The notes under the pieces were generated by a model. It worked only from the letters and a program-made list of their open reading frames with translations. It ran no database searches and was not told where the DNA came from. Below are positions 12,728 to 25,822 of a DNA stretch of 64,000 nt, one piece after another (positions within the stretch are counted from its first letter, which is position 1; the number at the start of each line of letters is the position of its first letter). Source of the DNA: Fimicolochytrium jonesii. Its lineage: Eukaryota. A program made the translations under genes and the position numbers. The DNA lies in the NCBI RefSeq assembly GCF_025526975.1, contig NW_026515670.1:1426001-1490000 (forward strand), given 5' to 3'.

Positions 12728-14344
12728 ATGATCTCCCACACAAGCCCCAAGTGAGTCAGTCGTTCCCTTTCCTCTCACCTATCAAGACCCCCCTTCTAAC
12801 TTCTTTCCAATTCACAAACAGCCCACGAACCTACTTCGACATAACAATCGGGGGCACCCCCGCCGGCCGCATCGTCTTTGAGCTCTACAAGGATGTCGTG
12901 CCCAAGACCGCCGAGAACTTCCGCGCGCTGTGTACGGGCGAGGTCAACTCCAAGACTCGCGGGGTGCCGCTGACGTTCAAGGGAAGCGCTTTTCATAGGG
13001 TCATTAAAGGGTTCATGATTCAGGGGTATGTTGGCCGGAGTTTGGGAGGTGGGAGTGGTCTGTCGGGGGGAATGCTCATGAACGATTGCTCATGTCCTAT
13101 AGGGGCGACTTCACAGCGGTAACTACCAGAGTCTGTAGAACTGAAACCGAACTGTTCTCAAGGGCTAATATGAAGGACGGGCTTGAATAGGGCAACGGAA
13201 CGGGCGGCGAGAGTATCTACGGCGAAAAGTTCGAGGATGAGAAGTTCGAATATGTGCACGACAAGCCTGGACTTCTCAGCATGGCGAATGCTGGGCCAAA
13301 CACAAATGGAAGGTACGTTAGGATAGTCTGCTGATGTTGCAGCGTCGGTCAACAGGCTTGACATGTGAGAGTAACCTCGATGTTTCATTATTTGCAGCCA
13401 GTTCTTCGTGACGACCGTCCCAACGCCGCATCTCAACGGCAAACATGTCGTGTTTGGTCGTGTGATCAAGGTACGGTGTTAAAATGCATATGCTCAGGTA
13501 CGAGCGATCGCGCCATTGTACTCAACCTTCCTTACCTCGCAGGGCATGAACATCGTCCGCCGCATCGAAAACCTCGAAACCATCTCCGACAAACCTACCG
13601 AACCTGTCGTCATCGCTTCCTGCGGCGAACTCACCCCAGGACAAGACGACGGCGTCCCCACGCCCACCGACGGCGACGTCTACGAAGAGTACCCCGAAGA
13701 CATGCCCGGCGACGCCGACAAGCCCGCCGAGGAGATGCTCGACATTGCGGGCAAGGTGAAGGTGTTTGGGAACGAGGCGTTCAAGAAGGCGGAGTACAGG
13801 AAGGCGGTAGAGAAGTATGAGAAGGCAGTGCGGTATTTGAATGCGATACACCCGAGCCCAGAGGATTTGGAGGAGTTGAGTGTGGAGCAGAAACAGACGT
13901 TTTTTGCGATTAAGGTTTCGTGTTTGTTGAATAGTGCTATGGTATGTTGGGCTTTCTTCTGCGCGGCGACCGCTCTACTAAATCCCTTCTGTTGGTGTTG
14001 TCCGTACTCACCTGCCCACCTTCCTTCCTTAGTGCCACCTAAAAGTTACCTCCTACCGCCCTGCCGTCGACACAACCACCCAAGTCCTCGACCTCTCCCA
14101 AAAACTCGCCCCATACGCCCCAACATTCTCCATCACCCCCTCCGACAAATGCAAAGCCCACTTCCGTCGCGGGCAGGCCCTCGCGGCCCTCAAGGACACC
14201 GACGCGGCGCTGGTGGACTTGCAGGCCGCGCTGGCGATCACGCCGGAGGATAAGCTGATCCAGCGGGAGGTGGCGGTGGTGCAGCGCGCGGTGAAGGAGA
14301 GGAAGGAGAGGGAGAAGAAGGCGTATGCTAAGATGTTTGCTTAG
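12728..14344 (+). CDS. CPR6: Cyclophilin-40-type peptidyl-prolyl isomerase with TPR domain
   Basis: [11 protein letters not shown]...[15 protein letters not shown]...[12 protein letters not shown]; 16-nt exon 13103-13118 (GDFTA); [26 protein letters not shown] motifs GNEAFKK and KAHFRRGQA; ends AYAKMFA*. Confidence 0.95.
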
Positions 14345-14557
14345 AGGGTTAGGTAGCGTTGATAGCAGGCGTAATGATAGTTTAGATGGATAATCATGAT
14401 AAAGCATCTTTACATACTATCCAAAATTACTGGTACATAGCGAGCACAGAGTTGGTCACAGAGATCGCGCCGACTCTGACAGCTGGACTTTGCAAAAAGT
14501 GGCTTCGAACCTTTCGAACTTTCTGGCCAAACTTCAAATCCACAAGTCTCAACAAAA

Positions 14558-15616
14558 ATGACATTCCCTCAGGTCGACGCCGTTCTGCACTGGCTAAGCG
14601 CCGCCTCAACTACTAATACGTCCTCGCTGGACAAACCGTCGGCCCTCAAAGCGACCGCAACCGCCACCGCCACGTCAGACGGCCGTACGGTGATCATAAC
14701 CGATGAAGTCCGCGCGGAGGGAGGTTTTCTGCTGAATCACTTCCTATCCCGACATTTGCGAGCGGATGACCAAGAATGGAAGGTCGTATTGGTTGGAGTT
14801 GCGCAGACACTGGGGCACTATGGGGCTGTTGGGAAGAAGCTGGTATGTTGGGGCGGTTTTTTCCTTGTTCATACAGACTTTGGATTCCTGACCGAATGAT
14901 CACCAGGGTCTGAATATTGCGGCATATCAACAAACTGGAAAGTTGACCTTCATCGATGCGCTGTCAGGCCTTTCCGGAAAAAGGAGTCCGCTAGCGAGGG
15001 ATGAAACCCATGTTCTCCGGGACCTGTTCACAAACATCGAAGCGGCGTCGCACACCTCGTCCGGGGTCCACCCACACAAACTATGCCTAGTTATCGATGA
15101 CATCAGTGCGTTCTCCTACTGCGGGATACAAGCGAACCAGACCGCGGCGTTCATCACGAACTGTCTGAAGCTTGTATCACAGGTGAGCATGCGTGCTGAT
15201 AGTACGCTTTCCTCAGCGACCCACTAATCGATAGCCATTGCACATAGACCAATGGTTGCTTTGTAGGCTTACTACACGATGCTAACGCGCTGGAGAAGGA
15301 CCTTCCGGATCTCTCTCGGCTGAGTAAAGCGATTCTGCATAAGGCCGACTATGTCTTGCATGTGCGGATGCTGGAAAGTGGAGCGACGCAAGGAGTGGAT
15401 GGGCAGGTGAGGATTAAAGCTGAATGGTCCTTGATCTTTCACACCAAACAGCTGAACGGCGCTTGTTCCGCTTTACGTCTCCGATTTCAGGTGTCATTCT
15501 GCCGCGGTCCCCTCCTCAGTAGAGATGTCCCGTTCCATCCTGAAGTACTGCACTATCAAATCACGGATGCGCACGTGCAGTTTTTCAAGAAGGGATTTTC
15601 CAAGGGTCTGCTCTGA
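14558..15616 (+). CDS. ELP6: Elongator complex subunit 6
   Basis: VIITDEVRAEGGFLLNHFL; LVGVAQTLGHYGAVGKKL; LVIDDIS; LESGATQGVDGQ; LHYQITDAHVQFFKKG. Confidence 0.85.
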
Positions 15617-16183
15617 TGCGGCAGTGGATATGGTGAGGTGGTGAGGCTTTGCAAGCCTTGTCGCCTCACATTCGCGGGAAGATAGGGGCCTGTAGACAGG
15701 CCTCTCGCCAGGCCTTCCAAGACCCCAACGAGCTTTGTGCCAAGAACTCACATGACCGCGCACAGGTTGGCAGGCTATGATGAGTCGGCCGATGCAAACG
15801 CCATTCGGAAGAGGCTACTGCAGGGCGGACATCGACTTGCCAGCAAATCGAATGGTCCACACTCGGCGGGTTATTTGAGCACTGAATGACTCCCATGTCC
15901 AGTTTGGAACACCAGACGAGGTAGTGTCCAAAACCAGTTGTTCCGCCTCACTCCCGCTACGGCTCCGGTTACGCCAGGGCACAATAGGCGGGGCAAAGGT
16001 AGAATACTTAGATATATGTACAAACTCAGGTGGCCAGCACAAATCGGTCGAAATCTACGATCTATCTGATTCGCGAGTTGTTGGTCGCCCTTCATCTACG
16101 GCCGATTGTCAAAACGCACCCTTTCTGGAAATGTTCTTGTATGAAAATAGGCTAGTATTACCTCGCTTACAATCATGACGCAC

Positions 16184-16936
16184 TTACGATGCCCTTTCTG
16201 ACGGCGTTGGTACTTGCTCAGGTTTGCCGTCTTTTGCTGTCTCTCTTGAGCTCGGTTGTCCGTTATTCCCCTGCTGCTGTGAACCAGACGACTTTCCAGA
16301 TCCTGGTCTCCCCTCCGCCTTGCCCTGTTCTCTCCGTGGGCCTGTCGCAGGAAGCCTTCCGCTCGCTCTCCCAGCAGCCGCGGGTGCCCCTCCACTGCCA
16401 CCTTTACCATTGGAAGTCGCCTGTCGTCCAGACGAGCTCTTATTCACGACATCCTTCGCTTTCCCACCAGCGCCTTCGGCAAAAATCCTCGCTCTTGCCG
16501 CGGCATACTCGGCCTCACGGTCTGCCTGAGACTTCTGACTGGATCCGGAAGGGGTACGCTCCATCTTCTGTCCCGATGTAGGTGTATTTGTATCACGTTT
16601 CAGGAGTTTCACTTGAGGTACATAGCTGACTTTGTCGGTTTCGATTCCTCGGAAGTTGGCTGGCAGACTTTAGGGAATTTTCCGAAGAGAACTCTTAATT
16701 CCCGTTGTTTACAAACAGCTGTGTAGGTATGGAGCAGCTCTGACAAGTACTCACGTCGAAGAAGCTGACTGGCCCGTCAAAGGTGGCGGCAGCGCTATAG
16801 GCTCGGCTGTTTCCCACTACAGGCGATGGAATACTCGTCAATGAGCGCTATATCAAACACCGCTGCGGTATCACGATGGTAGATACAGTACTTCGTCTTC
16901 CCACGAGCCATCCTGTTGATCCGCAACGTCGCTCAT
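16184..16936 (-). CDS. SUZ-domain RNA-binding protein (SZRD1-like)
   Basis: Spliced start MSDVADQQDGSWEDE; YVPQVKLLKR...KSQADREAEYAAARARIF is the SUZ signature. Confidence 0.75.
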
Positions 16937-17140
16937 GAGGGCTCGATCGTGGGAAACGAAGGTGGCGCACGTCCTAGGCGCTGGCTCGCTTAAGATGGCG
17001 AAGGATGCACGCGACAGCGGTCTCTCACTCAACGCTGCTTCCTGCGCTCGCTCTTCCGCTCTCTGCTTTTGCGCTCTCTGCCTTCATCCGGCCAACAGCT
17101 CGTCCTTGAACAATCCATAACTACAAACGCTTGAACCAAA

Positions 17141-19336
17141 ATGGCAGCAACAACGCTCTCCTTCCCTCCCTCCACTCCACCATCCCTCCCACTCCCCAAA
17201 CAACAACCCCACCGCTTCACTGACACCGCCCCGCACAGCGCAGCCATCCAAATCCCTTCCACCTGGCGCACAGCGAAACCCAAGCGCGAGAATGAAGTGC
17301 AGACGGACACCATCCATGTGAGGGACGTAGAGGTGCAGGTGCTCGCGAGGAGGGATGCCAACGTGAGTACCACCGCTCCGTGTGATTTCCAGGAGCATGA
17401 TCTGAGGAGCGATGAATCTGATGTTGAATACAGATGCCGCTTCTCCTATCCAGCTACAAACAGATCCGGAACCGCCGCCTCGATTCAGACTACTTAGCAC
17501 GTACGATCAAGGCGCGATGCGGGATTTCCTTGCTGGCGCAGAACCGATGATCTCGGCGCAGTTGCTGCAGAACATCCGTAGTTCTGCATTCGATGGTAAG
17601 TTTATACATTCACATTTGAAGCTTCACCTGCCCCACGCCGTTAGGTACCTATTGACACGCATGAACAGGCTGGCTACCCCAATGGCAAACCCCCCACACA
17701 TCCACCACCCTCCTGCACGAGCTCGTAGACCCCAATCTACCCTCCGACATGCTCATCACCGACCTCTCGTGGAACAAGAACGGCACCACGGTTGCATGTG
17801 GGTATGGCCGACTGGACCATGAGAGCTGGTGTGGGCATAAGGGGGGTGTTGTGACGTGGAGTTTGGGGGGGAGAGGAGTGGGAGAAAGGCCGGGGTGGGA
17901 GGTTGAGACTGAGGTGTGTGAGGGGGTCGTGTGGGGATGGTTGTTTGGAGTAGTGGTTGATGAGATGTCTTGCATGGAATAGAGCTGTGTGATGTGCGTA
18001 GCCTTCCATCCTGAGCTCCCATCACGGATCGCCGTAGGTGTCTACAACGGTAAGCTCCACCGGATAGGCTCACCATCGTCCTATCTTCACAACTCACATT
18101 CATATGCACAGGCCAGATTCTAATCCTACAAACGACTGACATCGCCACCTCCATCGTCGCCATCTCGCGCATGAGTGACGAAGCGCACCAGGAGCCTGTT
18201 GCGAAAGTGGAATGGGTGCGCAGCGATAAGGAGGGGGTCTGGAATGTGAGTTGGGGCTACCTATGTCAACCCCCATTGAGGAATAGGGAGCTGATCTGCC
18301 TTGCGATTAGATTGTAAGCATCGCAAACGATGGCAAGATCTTGACCTGGGATCCGAGTAATGGGCTAAGTATGCCGATTGCGGGGTGAGTCTCGGTTTCC
18401 ATTTGTATGGCCATACATTTGTTTGCTCATTCCCTTTCGAATTTCCATCGATATCAATGTTATGCGACCATTGTCCTGTATCCTGCAGATCCCGCCTGAC
18501 GATGGAAAAAATCCCTCGCAAATTCCGCGGCGGCCCCACGGTAAAATCCGACATTGTCCTCGGCGGTTCGTACTACTCCATTGCCTCCTTCCCCCCTTTC
18601 CCTGAACTCACCCCGTCCTCCCCATAACAGGCACAGCATTCTCCCTCTCAACTCCCACCCTCCACTCCCAAACCTACATCGCAGCCACCGAATCCGGACA
18701 CATCATCAAATGCTCACGGGACCTCTGCACACCCATCAGCACCAATAAACCCCAGCATCAATTGTTGCGAAACCCGATAACATTTGCGTATGAACCCCAT
18801 ACGGGAGCGGTGAACGCGGTGGCCTGCTCGCCGTTCCATCGGAATGTGTTTGTGAGTGCGGGGTCGGATGGGGGGGTGCGGGTTTGGAACGGGTTGCAGG
18901 TGCGTTCTTCTTTGTTTAATGTTGTTGTTGAGACCCACTGGCGAACTGAACATCTTCCATACACACACAGCCAAAGCCCCTCCTAACACTCTTCCCAACA
19001 CCCTACCCGCACTCGCCCCTAGCCCTCCTCTTCTCCCCCACCCGCGCCACCGTCTTTGCGCTCACAACTTCCACCGGCTTGCTGCACATCTATGACCTCG
19101 CTTCCTCGACATCTTTACCGCATACGACGGTGCAGTGCACGGCGAACGCAGGGGTTGCAGGGACCGCGTTGGCTTTTAGTGGTGCGGTAGGTGTGGGCGG
19201 GGAAGGGCAGTATTTGGCGACGGCGGATGCGGAGGGAAAGCTGAGAGTTTGGAGAGTTGCGAGTGGGTTGGCGGAGGAGTGTAATGGGAGGGAGTGGGGG
19301 GTGGTGGAGAGGTTGGGGAGTGTTTTGGGGGAGTGA
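17141..19336 (+). CDS. DYNC2I2: Cytoplasmic dynein-2 intermediate chain WDR34 (IFT dynein)
   Basis: Light-chain-binding VQT motifs (EVQTD); FLAGAEPMISAQLLQNIRSSAFDG; LSWNKNGTTVACGYGRLDHESWCGHKG; YEPHTGAVNAVACSPFHRNVFVSAGSDG. Confidence 0.9.
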
Positions 19337-19648
19337 GTGTACCTTACCTAACGTCAGCCCGGACACATCATACGATCGTAGAACTGAATGTTGGCCAACT
19401 CTCCATCCCATCGGTGACGAAGTTAGCGATCTTGCGGATACAGGATACTCTGCTCTGCTCCATCACCTCTTAAGAGCTCCGCAAACGAAACTTGTGTAAC
19501 TAAGTTATTCCGCGTGGAAGGCTATAACTTCGCGAAGGCTAAGGCACCCGGCCATCCACATCACACCGCTCTCCACGGCATCCTCCCTCGACATTTTCGA
19601 GGAGTTACGTGGAGAGACACCCTCAAACAGCCGAAACACACTGCAGCT

Positions 19649-21334
19649 ATGATCCGCAGCTCTCTGCTAGCCCGCAGCATCCGCCGCTCTCACTTACTGC
19701 GGTCATCCTCGGCGTGTCTCGCAATTCACAATAGCCATGTCGCATCCTTATCTCGAGCCCCGTCCCCCACATCGCCATCAACGTCCTGTCTCCCAAACGC
19801 ACGAGGCATACGTCTCTACAGCAGCAGCAGCAGCACCCCGTCTCCCAAAGGAGAAGACACACCTCCAACCGATAGTGCGGACGCTGACAGCATAGACTCC
19901 CTCAACATAGACGATCTGATGGAAGCATACCCCTTGGAGTTGACCGGTGACCCACGACGAGGGCCATTCGAACCGGTGCCAAAATGGTGGCCTTGGTTGG
20001 AACGGAAGTTTTTGGGGCCGGCGAGGAGAAAGGTTGCGAAGCTGACGAGTGTGTCTTGGTTGGAGACAAGGAGTCCGAAGGTATGGGAAGCGGGTGTTGC
20101 GCGTGCGATGGTGGTTATCTGCTGCGAGCCGAGTGAGCGTGGGTGTGTAACTGCATCGAGCGATGCGAGCACGAGCGGAGCGAATTCCTTGCGCCAAAGG
20201 CGCAATACCTCTAACCATCGCTCTTAGCGAGCTACGCTCCTGCCCCACCGCATCCCAACATCCTCGTCGCGAGCGGGAGCGAGCAGGGTATCGTTTGTTG
20301 ATGGGTGGTTGATGGATGATGGTTGATGGTTGTTGATGGGTTGATGGTTGATGGGTTGCCAACCAACTTCTTTTCTGTAGATTGACTCATCCGAACCAGA
20401 AGGCGTAAAATACTTCCCCGACATCTTCCTCCGGGGCAGCGTCCTCGCCTTCGCCTCGCTTATCCCGCGCCTCTCCAACTGGGACGGGCGGCCCGAAACC
20501 GACAACGGTCTGTCCTCCCTCCTCGGCCCCGAGCTGTACGACCGGTTCCAGAAATCACACGCGGACCTCACTGCCGCGGGTATCCGGATTGAAATCACGT
20601 TTTTTGACCCGGCAGGTGACCCGGAGGCGGCGGAGGCGAGGAAGGCGAGGCGACCTGAACCGCCGAGGACGTTCTTTGATGAGGAGATTGATGCGGAAAG
20701 CCCGAGGATGGGTGATGTGTGGTTTACGTTTGGGAAGAAGGGTTTGGCGACCTCGACGTTGTTGAGAGGGAGGGTTGTGAGGCGGATGAATCCGTTGACG
20801 CTTGTCAGGGATCTGAATCCCAGTCATTACCTCTACCGCGAGGTCACTTTTGGTGCGTCTTTGAAAACCCCCTTATGTAGCACAGTCTGCATGGACTAGC
20901 GCTCTAGTAGTGACCCCTCATATCGCGCAGAATACGTAATCCCGAAATCCTCCATGCCCCTCACCACCCTCTCCACCACCTCCGTCCCCGTCCCCGTCTC
21001 TCCCGCCTTCACCGACCGTCGCACGGCCATGGATCTTGGCCAAACCGTCGGCATCGACCTCTCGATCCCCATCTCGCTCGACATCACGCTGCACCATATC
21101 CGCACTAACACCGTCCTCGCGTCGGAGGCGATTGATCGGGATGTGAATATGAGGATGGAAACGGGGCATTTTGAGGGGGGGTTGGAGGGGGTAACGTGGA
21201 GGGTGGCGGATGTGGATTGGGTGAGGGCGGATGAGAAGGTTAGGGAGGAGGAGGAGTGTTTGGGCGAGGCGCCGGGGGATGATGATGAGGAGGAGGATGA
21301 GACGCAGCAGAGGAGGAAGCCTGATGGGTTCTAG
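19649..21334 (+). CDS. Hypothetical mitochondrial protein
   Basis: Arg/Ser-rich presequence MIRSSLLARSIRR...RLYS; in-frame splicing via introns 20081-20380 and about 20853-20929; ends WRVADVD...PDGF*. Possible Tim44/MAIP1-like fold is only an impression. Confidence 0.65.
20124..20290 (+). repeat. Dispersed hairpin-rich intronic element, copy 1
   Basis: CGCCAAAGGCGCAATAC (20192-20208) and GTCGCGAGCGGGAGCGAGCAGGGT (20266-20289) recur in the same order at 48181-48248. Confidence 0.65.
20297..20358 (+). repeat. Imperfect (GGTTGAT)n tandem repeat in intron
   Basis: Directly visible ttgatgg/ggttgat units. Confidence 0.85.
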
Positions 21335-22023
21335 AAAGTCTTCCCCGTGCCAGCTGGCATTGTATATACATATATAGCACCCCACGCCGCTTAGGGAGAA
21401 GATGGGACGGGAGCAAACTCCAGCGATCGGAGCTTCCCTCAGCAGGTCACTGAACGCGCGGAAGGCGGACTTTATGTGACGCGATGCTCCAATGCAAGAC
21501 GTGTGAGTTTACTGGGAGCGTATGAATGGGAAGCTCGCAAAAGAGGCATGCTACAAATATGACAGGCCAGAGAACAAGAAGAGGTGACAGCGGGGATGCG
21601 TGTGAAGTTCATGAGATACGACAACCTGATGAGCGACACAGTGACGCCGTGATGCACGGCCAGCGCGGGGAAATCCGATCGGTGTGGGACTAGCGGTGCT
21701 ATGTTCGTCGCTCGTTTTGCTCGGGTGGCAGGATACACTGCTCACGAACGACGGGACACACTTCGCTGGGAGAGCGCTCATCGTCGTTATTGACGGCACA
21801 CGCGTCGAACGCATGCTGTCGATTCAGAAACTCCGCTCCCCATCCCTCCGCTGCCGTCTCTCCTCGTCCTCCGTGAGCGCCGCAAATCGTTTTCCTCTTC
21901 GGACCGCCCCAAACGCCGTTGAATTACGGTTAATCTACTTGTCGCGTCCCCAACTCGCAAGCAAAACGCATCACTTTCTTTTCGCGTGGGTGGGGTTCTT
22001 TCGTTGTGAGGAAAGTTCGCGCG

Positions 22024-24731
22024 ATGGTGCATACTCGGAAGGTAGGCCAAGGTCCCCTCAGTCCCCTCAGCTTCCCCCATTTTTTCGAATGAAATAGCTT
22101 CATGGCAAAACGGGGGGGGGGATGGAAAAGTCCCATTCCGGAGGCGGGCTGACTGGGAACTTCAATCCTTTTTTTCCTCAAATCCGGGCCAGAATCGCCA
22201 GTATGACGGCACGACCCCGGACGACGTCTACGAGATCCAGAACCAGATCGGGAAAGGGTCCTTCGGGGAGGTAAAAGATCAAGAAAAAACCAGAAAAAAA
22301 CAAACCCACTCCTCCCCCTGAAATCCAAACCTCCCCCCAACCACGGCAGGTGTATCGCGGCATCCACCGCCGCACCTCCCTCCCCGTCGCGATCAAAGTG
22401 ATAGATTTCGAAGAATCCTCCGACGACATCGACGAGATCCGCCACGAGATCTCCATCCTCTCCGCGCTCGACTCGCCCTACGTCACCAAGTACTACGGGA
22501 GCTATGTCAAGGGGACGAAGCTGTGGATCGTGATGGAGTATTGTGATGGGGGCAGTTTGTTTGATCTCGTGAGTGGGGGGGGAGTGGGAGGGGAAATGCC
22601 ATCTTATCAGTCCGGTTCGTTTTTTAACGAATTTCCTTTGCGTGTAGATTAAACAGGACCCGTTGGATGAGACGGTGGTGGCGGTGGTCATGAAGGAGTT
22701 ACTGAACGGGTTAGCGTACCTGCACGCGCACGGCAAGATCCATCGGGACATCAAGGCCGCGAACGTTCTGTTGACCGGGGGTGGGGAGGTCAAGTTGGCG
22801 GATTTCGGGGTTTCTGCTCAGGTAGCGTTGTTTTTTCTTCTGAACGGGGCGGGGGTTGGGGAACATCGGGGACATGGGGAACTAACTGATGAGATGCATG
22901 ACTGATGGTTGTAACGCAAAGGTGACGGCGACGATAACGAAGAAGAATACATTTGTGGGCACCCCGTATTGGATGGCGCCGGAGGTCATACTGCGGTCGG
23001 CTTACAACGCCAAGGTAGGTTGTCCCCCTCCCACATGGGCACTTGTGAGTGTGACCTCGGTTACTTTTTCTCATTTCGCATATGTGTGTAGGCAGACATA
23101 TGGTCTCTCGGGATCTCAGCGTGGGAACTCGCAAAGTACGTTCTCCCCTTCTCCATCCAGGACCAGAACATCACTTTTGAATTTGACAGCCCCCTCAATC
23201 CCTCTGATTTGAATAGAGGCCTACCCCCGCACGCCAACATCCACCCCATGCGCGTCCTCTTCATGATCCCACAACAACCCCCGCCCACTCTCCCCGCGAC
23301 ATTCTCAGCCCCCTTCCGTGATTTCGTCGCACAGTGTCTTGCTAAGCGGCCGAGTCAGGTAATCAAAACATGTCATACGAGAACGTCACATGCACATATG
23401 TGCTAATCGGATGATGATGATTTTAGCGTCCAACAGCACAGAGTTTGTTGAAACATCCGTTTATCACGGGTGCGAGGCCGTTGAGTGTGTTGAGGGAGAA
23501 AATTGCACGGTTTCGGGAGTGGAAGCGAGGGACGGACGCCGGCGTGACTACTCCCGCCGCCCCGCCAAAAGATGTGGAGGGCGGTGTGACGTACGTTGCC
23601 CATCTCCATTCCGATTCCAGTTCCCAATCGACGTGGATATTGACGTCGTTGTTATCTATAGTGAAGACCCCGAGGCACCGTCGAGTATCGCGTGGGATTT
23701 CGGCACGGTTTCGCGTACGCTGGGCGGCAAACGGCGGGAGCGTGACACCACGACGCAGTTAGCGGACGATATCAGGCCGGTGGTTGTCGCGAGCACGTTG
23801 CGGAAGGAGTCGAAGGTGCAGCGGGCTAGTGTGCGGACACTTGGGCGGAGGTAACGCATATAGTTCTCAGTGTGAATTGACACACAACAGCGGAGGAGAT
23901 TTGGTTTTTTTGCTGACCGTTTTGGTGTGTGCAGTATCGCATGGGAGGACGAATTCGATATCCAGACGTCGGCCGAAGAAGCTGCCGCAAAGCCGGTATC
24001 CCCGCATGCCTGGTCCCGCGGCGTCGCACCACCCTCACCCTCACCCTCTGGCGAATCCAAAACATCGCTCAAGCCCCCAACATCCTCAAATTCAGATCCC
24101 GCGTCAGAATTCGCATCCACAGCCACCACAACTGCCACCACGACCCGCATGACTGTCTCCTCCTCGTCGGGCTCAGGGTCGACCACCTCCACCTCCTCCA
24201 CGCCCTCGCAGATCCGTCGACCGCCGCAGCCGGTGCTGCAGGTGATATTGCAGGCGATGGTGGAGGCACAATCACACGCCCCACCGTCATCCCAACGGTG
24301 CCTCTCAGCAGTGACGCACAATCTGCAGCAGCTGATGAAGAGCGATCCGATGGTATGTGGGGTTGTTGGGGAGGCGGTTTCGAGGTGAGGTGTGCTGGAC
24401 ATCATCCGGGGGTTTTGTTGCTGTGAGGGTCATTTTGCTGATTTGCTTTCTGGGGCGTGTTCGCTCGGCTGTCGAGAACAGAGGGTTGCAGATTCCGTCG
24501 AAATCAAACCCGGCCCCAACGTCGACGCCGTGTTCTGAAGCCCCTCATCAACCCCGGGAGTCGCTGCCGACAGGTCCATCGATCATCATTCCGAAGCAGC
24601 TTCCTCCGCCTTCGACAGTCGTCGTCCAAACGACTCCTAAGACAGTTCCAACCCAAGTCCCACAACGGTCCCCACTAGCAACCCAGCTGCTCATGCGGTG
24701 GAAAGCGCGGGGGATGCCGGTGGTCCCATGA
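22024..24731 (+). CDS. STE20-family (GCK-III / Sid1-like) Ser/Thr kinase
   Basis: First exon MVHTRK (22024-22041); [69 protein letters not shown]-terminal [13 protein letters not shown]. Confidence 0.93.
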
Positions 24732-24833
24732 CGCCCTAGGGAGTTCGCTGCCCAGATCCCATCTTTCTGCACATACGTAAAAAACGCGTCCATACCCCAA
24801 TTGTAAATACACTACATCATCGCTCGATTCTCG

Positions 24834-25822
24834 TCACTTGCGTTTCATCTTCGTCGATGCCGACCTCGCACCAACAGCAAACAGTGACCGCAAAACCATA
24901 ACGACGCCCAGAAGAATGACCATATACGTCGCCACAGCAACCGGCACATGATCCCGTTCCCGTCCAACGGGTATATCCACCGCGTACCTCCTCCCCATCG
25001 CCAGCGTCACAGCCTGGTCGCGCCGTGCATACAATTCCCCCACCCCCGTATTCCCCTCCCGCACCCCATCAAAAAGGTACGCGGCCCATTCCCCAACCTG
25101 CGCACGTGTATACACTCCCGCATCCTCAGGAACCTGGTACCGCATATGCACCGGAACCGCAATCTCAAACGGCTCCCGGTCCGATTCCACCCGTGCAAGA
25201 TCCACCCGCACAAACACCTCATTCGGCCGTGCGGCGGGGTCGTCCACAGGTACCTCCAGGTCCGCGTCGCCGAGGCATGTGACGGTGACGGCGGGATGCC
25301 ACTGCGTACGCGCGAGCTCGAACCGGTCCGCGAAGGATGACGCCGGGAGGTGGAGGGTGATGAACACGAGGGCGGCGTCGGACTCTGAAGGATGCGAGAC
25401 GGTGAAGTGGACGGTAGGGTGGAAGCCGTGGGTGGGGTGGAGGGTTGCGGAGACCGATGGTGATGGGATATCGGTGGCTGTTGTTGTGTGCGCATGAACA
25501 CTATCCTCCTGCGCCTTAACCTTCGCCAACCTCGCCGCGTTCCGTTTCCCCAGCACCCGCACCATGTTCGCCCGCTCCGACTCCGTCAAGGTCTCCCAGT
25601 TCTTTATCCTCGATAGGGTGCCATCCTGGGGGGGTGGAGAGAACGGTGTTTTAGTGGGACGGAGGGCGGACAGGAAGATTGTGTATGATGTACTGTAGAA
25701 CCTACGGAATTGACGACGATGGGACCCAGGTGGTCGAGCGCGACTGTCTGGTTTAGCAAGGTGCTTCCCGAGGCTGCGGTTGGGCTGTGTTCGAGTGCGG
25801 GGGTGCCTGGTTGCGAGGACAT
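24834..25822 (-). CDS. PIGX: Fusion of a small conserved fungal domain with PIG-X/Pbn1 (GPI mannosyltransferase I subunit)
   Basis: LDHLGPIVVNS|DGTLSRIKNW...VLGKRN (intron 25626-25705) runs without a stop into HGFHPT, LPASSFADRFEL, DLEVPV, VPVHMRYQ, IPVG, a TM helix and KMKRK tail. Confidence 0.8.

Noticed and set aside
22203..22205. ATG as kinase start codon
   Set aside because: Out of frame with the kinase domain; the upstream exon MVHTRK at 22024 splices in frame.
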